This document shows positions 27,294-36,372 of a DNA stretch of 38,371 bases, piece by piece. The notes below the pieces were generated by a model that was not told the DNA's origin, did no database searches, and saw only the letters and a program-made list of their open reading frames with translations. Origin of the DNA: an uncultured bacterium (GTDB lineage: Bacteria; JAJVIF01; JAPKYR01); NCBI GenBank assembly GCA_965369865.1, contig CBDURU010000021.1, forward strand, positions 1-38,371, in the 5' to 3' direction. Position 1 is the first letter of the stretch. Every line of letters begins with the position of its first letter. The position numbers were made by a program, and so were the translations under genes.

Positions 27294-28709
27294 ATGCTTT
27301 ACGACGTTTTTATCTGTCACGCTTCGGAAGATAAGGAGTTTTTTGTACGCCCCTTGGCTGAGGCTCTCAGGAATGAGCATATTGAAGTCTGGTTTGATGA
27401 GTTTTCTTTAAAGCTAGGTGATAGTATACGCCGCTCAGTGGATAAGGGTCTGTCACAATCAAGGTTTGGCCTTGTAGTTCTAAGCAAAGCCTTTTTTAAA
27501 AATAATTGGCCGCAGTATGAACTTGATGGCTTAGTACAAAGGCAGATGCGTGGCAAAGACACGGTTATCATGCCAATTTGGCACAAGGTAGACTACGATG
27601 ACGTGGCGAGTTATTCTCTTCCTCTAGCAGATCGCAAAGCGGTATCCTCATCAATTGGTATTGCACGCATAGTCCAGGAAGTATATAAGGTCATTCATCC
27701 ACAGGGAAGCCCTTTGATTGAGGCGAGGGATATATTACTTGAGTATGGGTTAACACCACCGGTTATTACAGACAAGTATTGGTTGGATATTGTAGAGGCG
27801 TCAAATCGGGTCCCAGGATATGGGGCGGTAATACCAGAACAGTCATCTTGGGGTCGCTGGAGTTTCCCGCTACCGCCCAAAGAAAACGCGCAGCAATGGG
27901 GGGAGAGGCTCGCATTCGCAGCAATGCAGCTAAATTGGGTCAAAACAGCCGAAGAAGCATTAATAAGCCCATTAACGCATCCTGAAAAAGTTTTGTTTTT
28001 TATTTATTCACATCCGGGTTTGCTCGACATCTGCAAGGACTGCCCCAACTTGCTTGCAGAATATGCACCACAGCTAACCATACGGGGATTTGAAGGCGAG
28101 TTAGAAAAGGTAATCGAATATATGTATCTTAAATCGTGTGCTTATCAGGAAAAAGAGCGCGCAAGTAAATCCCAGTTTGGTACTGCTTTGACTATTAATA
28201 ATAAATGCCCAGCCTGTGGTCCGGAGTGGGCATTGCGACATCCTACTTTCGGTGATTATAAACCTGCGCACATTGCAAAGGAGTACTTCAGCGGGGGGTT
28301 ATTTGGCCCAACTGTCTCCCCATTTGAAGTGGCTGACCATACATTTTGGTTATTATCATCATCAAGTGATTGGTTGCCACGGCCAATTCATAATATCTTG
28401 GTCAAAGGTATGATGAATCGTAATTTACTCTCTTGGGTTTGGTATTCTGCTCCAGCTTTTGATCAGGTTAAAAAATGGAAAACATGCGGAGTTCTAGCGC
28501 AAACTCTTAGTGATGTTCTGGACGGGAAGAAGGTATTTAGGTGGACTAGTGATGTTCGGGATGATGTAATTAATAGAATCCGATTAACTGTTACTAACCT
28601 GAGCCTTCCGGAAACACCAGAAGAGCTTTGTGATAGGTTTATTCGACTAAAATTTATCTCCTTCTTTATAAAAGCCCAACAGCATCATCAAAGCAAAGAA
28701 ACCGAGTGA
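27294..28709 (+). CDS. TIR-domain protein with an uncharacterised ~330-aa C-terminal region
   Basis: YDVFICHASEDK, VWFD, GDS, VVLSKAFF and WPQYE (WxxxE catalytic Glu) motifs of bacterial TIR domains. Confidence 0.88.
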   Translation: MLYDVFICHASEDKEFFVRPLAEALRNEHIEVWFDEFSLKLGDSIRRSVDKGLSQSRFGLVVLSKAFFKNNWPQYELDGLVQRQMRGKDTVIMPIWHKVDYDDVASYSLPLADRKAVSSSIGIARIVQEVYKVIHPQGSPLIEARDILLEYGLTPPVITDKYWLDIVEASNRVPGYGAVIPEQSSWGRWSFPLPPKENAQQWGERLAFAAMQLNWVKTAEEALISPLTHPEKVLFFIYSHPGLLDICKDCPNLLAEYAPQLTIRGFEGELEKVIEYMYLKSCAYQEKERASKSQFGTALTINNKCPACGPEWALRHPTFGDYKPAHIAKEYFSGGLFGPTVSPFEVADHTFWLLSSSSDWLPRPIHNILVKGMMNRNLLSWVWYSAPAFDQVKKWKTCGVLAQTLSDVLDGKKVFRWTSDVRDDVINRIRLTVTNLSLPETPEELCDRFIRLKFISFFIKAQQHHQSKETE

Positions 28710-28748
28710 CGCCGATAACCCGAGTAATGCCAGATGATAGTTTCATAG

Positions 28749-28905
28749 CCCGGTGAACCTGTTTCATCTTTAACTGCAAACTCCCGACTATCCAGGGGAA
28801 ACAGGTTCCCGGGATTTGTGGTTAATTTATTCACCCTCCCCCCCCGGAAACCTGTCACCCAAACGGTAATCAGGCTTGCGGGATCATCTGTGACAGTTTT
28901 CCGGG
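28749..28905. repeat. Two adjacent related long inverted repeats between convergent genes
   Basis: CCCGGtGAACCTGTTTC...GAAACAGGTTCCCGGG (28749-28813) and CCCGGAAACCTGTCAC...GTGACAGTTTTCCGGG (28843-28905). Confidence 0.7.
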
Positions 28906-28916
28906 CTACAGCTCAT

Positions 28917-29153
28917 TTACGATGCCTTCAGAGGGAATGCCCGAACATCCTTAAGCACTTCCGACGCGTACGCGACACATGCCAGCACATCTTCTCTATT
29001 TATATTGCGGTAATTCTCCAGAATCTCGTCTATCGGGACCCCATCACCCAGTAAGTCCAGAATCAACTCGACAGAAAGACGTGTTCCCTTAATAACAGGC
29101 TTCCCTGCGAGGATTTCGGGATTTAGTACAATTCTTTCTTCCCAGTTGGCCAT
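28917..29153 (-). CDS. DUF433 protein (antitoxin-like)
   Basis: RIVLNPEILAGKPVIKGTRLSV...Y...EDVLAC..YA; start moved to ATG 29153 after GGGAG. Confidence 0.88.
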   Translation of the reverse strand: MANWEERIVLNPEILAGKPVIKGTRLSVELILDLLGDGVPIDEILENYRNINREDVLACVAYASEVLKDVRAFPLKAS

Positions 29154-29390
29154 TTTTTGCTCCCGTTCGATTCCTGACCTATATTCTATCATACATTCAT
29201 TCCAACATCCGCTTACTAACTGTCTTGGTTCTGAATGTCGCCGATATGGAATTCTCCATTTTCACAGCGACAAGCCTGGCTGGGAGACGGTCTCGACCCG
29301 ACCGCGGCGGGGTATTTCGTTTACATTACCTTGTTTAGACCGGCACGGCATGATATATTTATATCGACGGAGGGCTTAACAAATCGAATC

Positions 29391-29810
29391 ATGGCAAACA
29401 AGTCATCACGGAAAGATCGGTCATTTATTCATGTCGACTATGGTTTAAGCGGTGAGCTTCGCGCAACTCGTGGTTGTGTGGAGATTGAGGCGCGCCTGTC
29501 ATTCTCGGTCAGGAAGCGGGCTGGTAGTTACATCGCCACTTGTCCCGAGCTGCATCTGAAGGATCAGGGTGATACGCCCTGTGAGGCGTTCGATAACCTC
29601 GTGGACATGATCCTCGCTCTGCTCTCAGACGCCATTGGGTCGGACGAGCTTGAAGACGTGCTTGAGGATTGTGGCTTCTTCAAACGCAAATGCGGAGCCC
29701 GTATGGAATTCAGCCGCGAACGTGAAGGGGAGGAGCTTCCTCTCAGCTTTAAGGCCACAGCGGAGTGGGGCCGACGAATTCGGACTGCAAAGCTGGCCTG
29801 GGTCGGATAA
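29391..29810 (+). CDS. HicB-like antitoxin
   Basis: YIATCPEL....QGDTPCEAFDNL motif; directly upstream of the HicA-like gene; start uncertain. Confidence 0.7.
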   Translation: MANKSSRKDRSFIHVDYGLSGELRATRGCVEIEARLSFSVRKRAGSYIATCPELHLKDQGDTPCEAFDNLVDMILALLSDAIGSDELEDVLEDCGFFKRKCGARMEFSREREGEELPLSFKATAEWGRRIRTAKLAWVG

Positions 29811-29816
29811 AAGGCA

Positions 29817-30095
29817 ATGACCAGGAAGCGCAAACCCTATGGCGCCAGAAAAATTAGCCCGGAGAAGGCAGAGAGACTGATAAAGCTCTTCAATAAGTTG
29901 GGGTACCTTGAACACTATCAACGGAGAATGCGGGGCAAAGGTTCGCATGTAGTCCTTCGACATCCTGAAACGAAGAAGCGCATCGTTATCCCGGTGCATC
30001 CGGGAAAAGAGGTGCATACCGATTTGATTCGTGGCTTTCTGAAGGAGGCCAGTCTTACGAGAAAGGACTACTTTGAGCTGCTCGATTCGATTTGA
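29817..30095 (+). CDS. hicA: HicA-family mRNA interferase toxin
   Basis: KGSHVVLRH.....IVIPVHPGKEV....I..FLKEA.L; small basic protein. Confidence 0.85.
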   Translation: MTRKRKPYGARKISPEKAERLIKLFNKLGYLEHYQRRMRGKGSHVVLRHPETKKRIVIPVHPGKEVHTDLIRGFLKEASLTRKDYFELLDSI

Positions 30096-30118
30096 AGAGG
30101 AAAAGCAGTATTTTCACC

Positions 30119-30221
30119 GGTGCAGGAGCGTCTGGGTGACAAATTCGATGAGCTGTTCGATTATGGGTTTTATATCCGTCACAGGGATACGGCGTTTAAG
30201 AGGGCGGGATTGATGGAGTGA
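30119..30221 (+). pseudogene. Displaced purB 3' fragment
   Basis: Translates VQERLGDKFDELFDYGFYIRHRDTAFKRAGLME-stop, versus purB VQERLGDKFDEVFDYGFYIRHRDAAFKRAGLM-stop. Confidence 0.9.
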
Positions 30222-30571
30222 GCCTGGCTTATTCTGGTTTAATTGAAATTAAAATAATGATGTAATTTACAATCCCGATGGATTAATCCGGAATTCCTGG
30301 AGGTACTGTTAACAGCGGGTTGAGCACACCCGGTGGCGGATTTCTCAAAATATAGTATATTATTACCTTGCGCGATATGCTATAATATGGTATATTGTTC
30401 TCCGTGAGGATTTATTTCTATATATTCTTATGTCCTTAGAGAGTTTGCAAGGTGAAAAACAGTCTTACAAATTTGAGACTACTAAATTTACATAAATAAA
30501 ATACCAGCCTGAATAGGCAAATTTGGAATATGAAGTATCCAATATTATAAAAATCTTTCGGAGGAATTATT

Positions 30572-30742
30572 ATGACATTAGATAAAATGTTTAGGAACCA
30601 GAAGGGTCAGGGTCTTACTGAGTACGCCCTGATTATAGCTCTTGTTGCCATCGTAGCGGTTGCCGCACTTACGCTGCTTGGTGGCCAGATTGACACTATC
30701 TTTGGTTCAATCACCACAGAACTTGGTGGTGGAGCGGGTTAA
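30572..30742 (+). CDS. flp: Flp/Fap type IV prepilin 1 (not in ORF track)
   Basis: MTLDKMFRNQKG/QGLTEYALIIALVAIVAVAALTLLGGQIDTIFGSITTELGGGAG; G/xxxxEY Flp motif; GGAGG RBS. Confidence 0.93.
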   Translation: MTLDKMFRNQKGQGLTEYALIIALVAIVAVAALTLLGGQIDTIFGSITTELGGGAG

Positions 30743-30765
30743 TTTGTTTCACAGCGCATATTGAA

Positions 30766-30794
30766 GCGGGGGCGTAATGCCCCCACGATTTTTT
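30766..30794 (+). terminator. Hairpin/terminator after flp1
   Basis: GGGGGC-GTAAT-GCCCCC followed by ACGATTTTTT. Confidence 0.55.
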
Positions 30795-30859
30795 AAATAA
30801 AATTTGTAAAACAGTTTAATTTCAATGATCAGTACTACTAAAATTTCGAGGTGTTAATT

Positions 30860-31024
30860 ATGACGAAACTTATTAGAAATCAAAAAGGTCAGGGACTGAC
30901 AGAGTATGCTCTTATCATAGCCCTGGTCTCAATTGTCGCAGTAGCTGCCCTGACCCTGCTCGGCGGGCAGATTGACACTATCTTTGGTTCAATCACCACA
31001 GAACTTGGTGGTGGAGCAGGTTAA
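30860..31024 (+). CDS. flp: Flp/Fap type IV prepilin 2 (not in ORF track)
   Basis: MTKLIRNQKG/QGLTEYALIIALVSIVAVAALTLLGGQIDTIFGSITTELGGGAG; GAGGTG RBS. Confidence 0.93.
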   Translation: MTKLIRNQKGQGLTEYALIIALVSIVAVAALTLLGGQIDTIFGSITTELGGGAG

Positions 31025-31048
31025 TTTCCCAGTCAGCAAATTACACGG

Positions 31049-31076
31049 CGGGGGGCGTCAGCCCCCCGTTTTTTTT
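31049..31076 (+). terminator. Intrinsic terminator after flp2
   Basis: GGGGGC-GTCA-GCCCCC followed by G and a T8 tract. Confidence 0.75.
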
Positions 31077-31365
31077 AATCATATCCAGGCAGCCGAAATT
31101 GGCTGGATTTTTTTTACCGAAATTTGCGCCGGCCGCCTTGCCGAAGTCATATAGAGGGAGAAATTATGGAGATCATTACTTAATATTGTCGGATTTCACA
31201 AGCAAATTTCTTTAATTTGTGCATGCGCAGATTGGTTCAGAATTACCCCTACCTATTCGATATTATAAATGAATATTAAGTCTGTTTGCGTGAACCTCCA
31301 TGGCATAATTGTCATGACCGCGGGTTCGTGCAGGAGTTTAAAACCTCCCTTTGGAGGATGTACAT

Positions 31366-32331
31366 ATGCAAAACATGAGACCATTCATAATCGCTCTTGC
31401 TTTCGGGATAATCGCTGTCGTGCTTGTCTATTTTTACATTCAGAAAATCCAGAGCGGAGAGGACCTCGGTGATATCCCAAGGGTACGGGTTGTACGCGCA
31501 ACCGAAAATATTCCTGCCAGATCGACAATCACGGAGGGTATGCTCGAGGAAATCGAGGTTCAGGAAGATATGCTGACCCCAGAGACGGTCACAGAGCTTG
31601 AGGAGATTCTCGGTGAAGTTTCTATTACGAATATTTACCAGAACCAAATCCTGATGAGTCCGATGTTTAGAGCGGAAATTGAACTTCAGGATCCTTCCCG
31701 TATGCTTGACGAAGGTGAAAGGGCAGTCACGGTAGGTGTATCGGAAATCAGCGGACTCGGTGGGAACCTGATGCCCGGGGACAATGTAGATGTCCTGGTT
31801 ACAATACTGAGTCACGATGAAATTGGTGTCTCAAGCACATTTACAGTTTTAAGGCAGGTCGAAGTGATGGCTGTAGGCCAGAATATCGGGTTTGAAGAGG
31901 ACGAGACTATGGCGGGTGGATCGATATCGAAGTCGGTAACTTTGAAGGTCAACCCCATGGATGCGGAGATCTTGACTCTTGCATCGGAGGTTGGCAGCAT
32001 CCGCCTGACTTTAAGGCACCCGGATGATTTGTTTGCACCGTCGACCGATGGCACGGCGTTGACTGATTTTACGCAATATACGCCGACGCGTGACGACCTC
32101 GAGCAGATGGCAGCCCGGGAACGTCAGAATTTACGCGACGCCCAATCGGCTGAATTAGAGAGGATTCGTATCCTAAGCACAATCAGCAGACAGCCCAGCC
32201 CCATCAGCACAGATGACTCTGCGGTTCCGACTTTCGAATGGCCCACCGAGTTACCAGATATTTATGATCCCATTACGGTTGATTTAATTCTTGGCGGGCA
32301 ACTCCAGACTGTAGTAATTGAAGAGAAATGA
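31366..32331 (+). CDS. cpaB: Flp pilus assembly protein CpaB/RcpC
   Basis: N-terminal TM segment, SAF domain (VVRATENIP), GERAVTV, PGDNVDVL, VTLKV.P, G.I.L.LR; ATG 31366 after GGAGG. Confidence 0.9.
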   Translation: MQNMRPFIIALAFGIIAVVLVYFYIQKIQSGEDLGDIPRVRVVRATENIPARSTITEGMLEEIEVQEDMLTPETVTELEEILGEVSITNIYQNQILMSPMFRAEIELQDPSRMLDEGERAVTVGVSEISGLGGNLMPGDNVDVLVTILSHDEIGVSSTFTVLRQVEVMAVGQNIGFEEDETMAGGSISKSVTLKVNPMDAEILTLASEVGSIRLTLRHPDDLFAPSTDGTALTDFTQYTPTRDDLEQMAARERQNLRDAQSAELERIRILSTISRQPSPISTDDSAVPTFEWPTELPDIYDPITVDLILGGQLQTVVIEEK

Positions 32332-32354
32332 CCTTTGACCTTTTTGACCTTAAT

Positions 32355-32389
32355 AAATGGAACCCTTTTCAGTGAGGGATTCCATTTTT
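32355..32389 (+). terminator. Intrinsic terminator after cpaB
   Basis: AAATGGAACCCT...AGGGATTCCATTTTT. Confidence 0.6.
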
Positions 32390-32475
32390 GTAACAAGATG
32401 TATTAAGACTGATTAAAAAAAATTGATTTTTATATAAAGCAGGAATATCAAAGCAAACAAGGTGGATAATTCAAA

Positions 32476-34863
32476 ATGACATTTCCAGGCAGAATTCCAC
32501 TCCGATATATCGGGACAGCGTTTATTTTTATATTAATGATGGCTGTCCAGGCAAATGGGACCCCGGGTGATTCCTCTATCACAGCTATCGATATCCGTCC
32601 CGAAAATAACGAGATCGAACTGACCGTTATGGGTTCTATTGAATACGGATACTTCCAGTTGTCGGAACCCTATCGACTGGTATTCGATTTCCCCGGGGCA
32701 TTGCTCGAAAACGAGGGTGGGGCCACACTCATCGAGGAAGTTGAACTGGCAAGCTTCCGGGAAGTAAGGTTGACCCAGTTATCGCTTGACCCGCTGATAT
32801 CCAGGCTGGTGCTCTACCTTGATGAGCCATCGTCGGCCATCGTTAATTTCAATCCGAATGAAGACAAACTCCTGATTGAAATCAACGAGGGATCATCCGC
32901 GAGGACCGGCCTTGGCGCATCCGGTTCAGGTTTGATCGATCTTTTCGGTAACATTCAACAGGATATTGGAGAGAACTCAGGACAAGGGAATGAGTCAACC
33001 GATCCGATGGATTTATTCAGTAAACCGGAGACACCAGACCAGATTGGTCCCCTTGCATCCTATGAGATCAGTTCGGATGATTCCGAAGTGAATCTCAGCT
33101 TCCCGGGCCTGGCGGCTGACAATATCAGGGTCACCCAGCTCAGGTTCCCCAACAGGTTGAAAGTCAGGATTTTCACTTCAAGCATAGATGACAGCGTTAG
33201 TCTAAGGTTTACTCAGCTCGCCCGTGGTAATGTCTGGAATACTGTGGCAAAGCAGTGGACAAGTTATATCGACCGGGACGGCCTGGGAATTATCGACCTG
33301 ACACTGTATACATACCCGGAAATATCTTATACGCAGGCAATCGGTATTGATGGAACTCCTGAAGTCAGGATTTTCAAGCTTCCCGAGCCTGTCAGGATAA
33401 CTGAAGCGGCGATTGAAACGGAGATAGAGGAAATTACGGAACTTGAGGTGGCGAATTATCCGACTGAAGAACCAGCCGAGACAGGGTTGGTTACTGTAAT
33501 CCCTGCAACAGAAACTATTGAAGTGATAGAAAATGCGGTTCTTGGTGTGGCAATTGACGATTCATCATCGACAACGATTGCCAGCGCATCGAATCCGGCG
33601 ATCGGCAGCCTGCCGGCGGTGAATTTCCCGATACGGCAGAGCAACCTGTTCAATGGTGGCTACCGTAGTACAGAGAGCGACGACCTGGACATGAGGGTCG
33701 GGGAAGTAGTGGTCCTGAGAGTGCATGATATCATCCGGGCATCTATGGGTAATCCTGTCGTCGCTACAATCAATGTTCTCAGCCTGGATGAGATCCTTAT
33801 TACAGCCCTGGCACCGGGAACCACAACACTGCTGATCTGGGAGTCCGATGAGCATTACACGAGCAGGATGGTTAGTGTACGTGAAACAACGATTGTCCAT
33901 GAAGAGGATATCGCTTCGGTCATAGGCGATGATAATATTTCGGTCAGTATAATTATATCAGGTGAAACGGAAGGTACTCCCGGGGTTGTTCTTGAAGGTA
34001 CTGTTGAAACGGAAGAAGAGAGAGCGCGTGCTCAGATGATCGCCGGGCTCTATGCAGGCGATAGAATTACGAACCTTATAGAAGTAAGTGCCCCGCGGCA
34101 GGTACTTGTAAAGGTGCGGGTGGTAGAGGTTGATTCACGAGCTCTGGATGAGCACCTCTCACACTTTTCTGCCGCTGCACGTACCGATGACGATTCGTTT
34201 ACTATTGGGATAATTACGGATTTACTCGATCCGGAGAATCCCGGTGGAGGACTTTTCGACTCACGTACAAGACCGGGGATTTTGAACGGAGACACACGGG
34301 ATATGGTTTTCGATCCAATTGATGCGGTCTTGAATGAACTGGTAGTCAATCGTCAGGCAAATATCCTGAGTGAACCGAATGTGGTAGGGCTCTCAGGGCA
34401 TCCTGTGCATTTCAGGGTCGGTGGAGAGATTCCATACACCTACCTGAATCAAGAGGGCATTAACGTAGTGGAATTCAAGGAATTCGGTATCTCGCTTGAC
34501 ATGACCCCGTACGTCGACAGCCAGGGCAACATCATGCTTGAGCTGACGCCGGTCGTCCGGACAGTCGATATGGCTCTCGCTATCGGAGGTATTCCAGGAT
34601 TCAGAACACGTGAAATGACCACCACTGTGCAGCTCCGTGAAGGAGAAACACTGGTTATTGGCGGATTGATCCAGAGCGAGATAACCGAGGTTATAGCCGA
34701 AGTTCCGTTCCTCAGCGATATCCCGATACTTGGAGAACTCTTCAGGAGCAAGCGTTTTATAGAGGATAAAACGGAACTCGTAATTTTCCTGACACCGTTT
34801 ATCATTGACAATCCAGGCCAGAGTGGAAGGTTAATAGGTATTTCTCCCGAGCCTATTGAATAG
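32476..34863 (+). CDS. cpaC: Tad secretin (CpaC/RcpA family) with N-terminal AMIN-like domain
   Basis: Signal peptide; FQLSEPYRLVFDFP (AMIN-like); PGTTTLLIW; BON-like VLEGTV; QVLVKVRVVEV, F.VGGEIP, PFLSDIPILGELFRS, TELVIFLTP. Confidence 0.88.
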   Translation: MTFPGRIPLRYIGTAFIFILMMAVQANGTPGDSSITAIDIRPENNEIELTVMGSIEYGYFQLSEPYRLVFDFPGALLENEGGATLIEEVELASFREVRLTQLSLDPLISRLVLYLDEPSSAIVNFNPNEDKLLIEINEGSSARTGLGASGSGLIDLFGNIQQDIGENSGQGNESTDPMDLFSKPETPDQIGPLASYEISSDDSEVNLSFPGLAADNIRVTQLRFPNRLKVRIFTSSIDDSVSLRFTQLARGNVWNTVAKQWTSYIDRDGLGIIDLTLYTYPEISYTQAIGIDGTPEVRIFKLPEPVRITEAAIETEIEEITELEVANYPTEEPAETGLVTVIPATETIEVIENAVLGVAIDDSSSTTIASASNPAIGSLPAVNFPIRQSNLFNGGYRSTESDDLDMRVGEVVVLRVHDIIRASMGNPVVATINVLSLDEILITALAPGTTTLLIWESDEHYTSRMVSVRETTIVHEEDIASVIGDDNISVSIIISGETEGTPGVVLEGTVETEEERARAQMIAGLYAGDRITNLIEVSAPRQVLVKVRVVEVDSRALDEHLSHFSAAARTDDDSFTIGIITDLLDPENPGGGLFDSRTRPGILNGDTRDMVFDPIDAVLNELVVNRQANILSEPNVVGLSGHPVHFRVGGEIPYTYLNQEGINVVEFKEFGISLDMTPYVDSQGNIMLELTPVVRTVDMALAIGGIPGFRTREMTTTVQLREGETLVIGGLIQSEITEVIAEVPFLSDIPILGELFRSKRFIEDKTELVIFLTPFIIDNPGQSGRLIGISPEPIE

Positions 34864-34905
34864 CTTGATTTATTGAAGAACAATTAAAGAACCTAAGAAT
34901 TTGAT

Positions 34906-34934
34906 ATCGCGGTCCTTTCCGGACCGCGATTTTT
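34906..34934 (+). terminator. Intrinsic terminator after the secretin gene
   Basis: ATCGCGGTCC-TTTCC-GGACCGCGAT followed by TTTT. Confidence 0.75.
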
Positions 34935-35063
34935 CATGTGATATTAAAATGTATTTGGGGTTAAAATATTTTAGGAACCGGATAGGTCTGAGGCTGGATA
35001 CTATTTTGTGGGGGGGATAGAATTTGGTGAATTTGTTGCACAGGATCCAAGAGGAATGCCATC

Positions 35064-36311
35064 GTGGCTATTGGTTACGAGATAACATTGCTGATCGCTG
35101 ATGACAGCGAGGAAATGCGAGAGACATTAAAAACCCTCCTTACCTTTAATGAAAAAATCAAGGTAGTGGGTGAAGCGGCTGATGGCAAGGAAGCAGTCGA
35201 GAAGGTTGAGCAGCTTAATCCTAATCTGGTGCTCATGGATATCAACATGGGAGTCATGGGCGAATCTGATGGAATATGGGCTACCCAGGAAATAAGCCTT
35301 AAACATCCCCAGACCGGCATTATTATCATTAGCGTGCAGGACGAAGGCGATTACATGCGGAGGGCCATGTCTGCAGGGGCAAGGGACTACCTGGTAAAAC
35401 CCTTCGACTCGGACGAACTTTTCAAAACAATCGAAACCGTTGCTGAACGCGAACGTGTTATGTGGGGGAACCTGCCAGCCGCCCAGGCTCCTGTAATGAG
35501 CACTAAGGGGGTTGGCCGCGTATTCACAATTTTCAGTCCGAAAGGTGGGGTTGGAAAAAGTGTTATTACGGCTAACCTTGCCGTGGAGGTTTATAAGCGG
35601 ACGCAAAAACGGGTCCTGGTTGTAGACCTGGATCTTCAATTTGGTGATATAGCGCTTATCCTGAACATTGCGCCAAGGTCCACTATTGCGCATCTGGCTG
35701 AACTTGCCTCCGACCAACTGGAACCGGACCTTATTGAAGAGCATATCTCCGATTCGGCATCGGGTGTACGCGTACTTGCTGCACCTTTGAAACCGGAATA
35801 TGCTGAGATTGTCACTTCACAGGTTGTTTCCGATGTCTTGAAGGTCATTAGAAACCTCTATGATTACGTTTTTATAGATACGGTGCCATCATTTGGTAAC
35901 GAGGTTCTGGCTGCGATGGATGTCTCGGATGATATTTTTCTCATAGTAGCTCCGGACTTTCTCACCCTGAAAAATATCACCCTTGGACTTGCTGTTATGG
36001 AGACCCTTAATTATCCATCCGAGCATATTCATCTCATACTTAACAGGGCTCAGTCGATGTCTTCAGTAAAAGTAAGGGATGTCGAGAAAGGGCTTCAGAG
36101 GAAGGTCCTGGCGGAAATACCATCCGATGGTGAAATTGTTGTTGGCAGTATAAACCGCGGTCAACCGCTTGTGCTTAGCCATGCCGGTTCTCCGGTTGCG
36201 AAGGCAATCGGTGAGATTGCTGATATTATTGTGACTGAAAACGAAGGTGAGGAGGAAAAAGAGGAAAAGGGAAGCAGGGGAATTCTCGGAGGGATTTTCG
36301 GGAAACGCTGA
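35064..36311 (+). CDS. cpaE: CpaE/TadZ-type receiver domain plus MinD/ParA ATPase
   Basis: Receiver domain with intact DD, LMDINM and KPF; SPKGGVGKS; DLDLQFGD; C-terminal ILGGIFGKR amphipathic helix. Confidence 0.88.
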   Translation: MAIGYEITLLIADDSEEMRETLKTLLTFNEKIKVVGEAADGKEAVEKVEQLNPNLVLMDINMGVMGESDGIWATQEISLKHPQTGIIIISVQDEGDYMRRAMSAGARDYLVKPFDSDELFKTIETVAERERVMWGNLPAAQAPVMSTKGVGRVFTIFSPKGGVGKSVITANLAVEVYKRTQKRVLVVDLDLQFGDIALILNIAPRSTIAHLAELASDQLEPDLIEEHISDSASGVRVLAAPLKPEYAEIVTSQVVSDVLKVIRNLYDYVFIDTVPSFGNEVLAAMDVSDDIFLIVAPDFLTLKNITLGLAVMETLNYPSEHIHLILNRAQSMSSVKVRDVEKGLQRKVLAEIPSDGEIVVGSINRGQPLVLSHAGSPVAKAIGEIADIIVTENEGEEEKEEKGSRGILGGIFGKR

Positions 36312-36343
36312 TTCGGGCCGTCTCCGGGTAAGGGTGCTACGTA

Positions 36344-36372
36344 AGGCTTCAATATGGAGCCTGTTTTTTTTT
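36344..36372 (+). terminator. Intrinsic terminator after cpaE
   Basis: AGGCTTC-AATAT-GGAGCCT followed by G and a T9 tract. Confidence 0.75.

Larger units (their letters stand above)
26766..30221. mobile_element. Integrase-less islet bounded by ~100-bp imperfect direct repeats of the purB 3' end
   Basis: 26766-26865 and 30119-30221 share their first 34 bp exactly, then differ mostly at synonymous sites; cargo is TIR and toxin-antitoxin genes. Confidence 0.75.

Noticed and set aside
26866..30118. Integron cassette array or prophage
   Set aside because: No integrase, no attC consensus ends and no phage genes.
30972..31154. 60-aa ORF from the track
   Set aside because: It overlaps flp2 out of frame and crosses its terminator.
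31080..31170. c-di-GMP-I riboswitch upstream of cpaB
   Set aside because: Only a TTGCCGAA-like tail and one hairpin are present; the GGCAAA/GAAA/CGCAAA core is not found.
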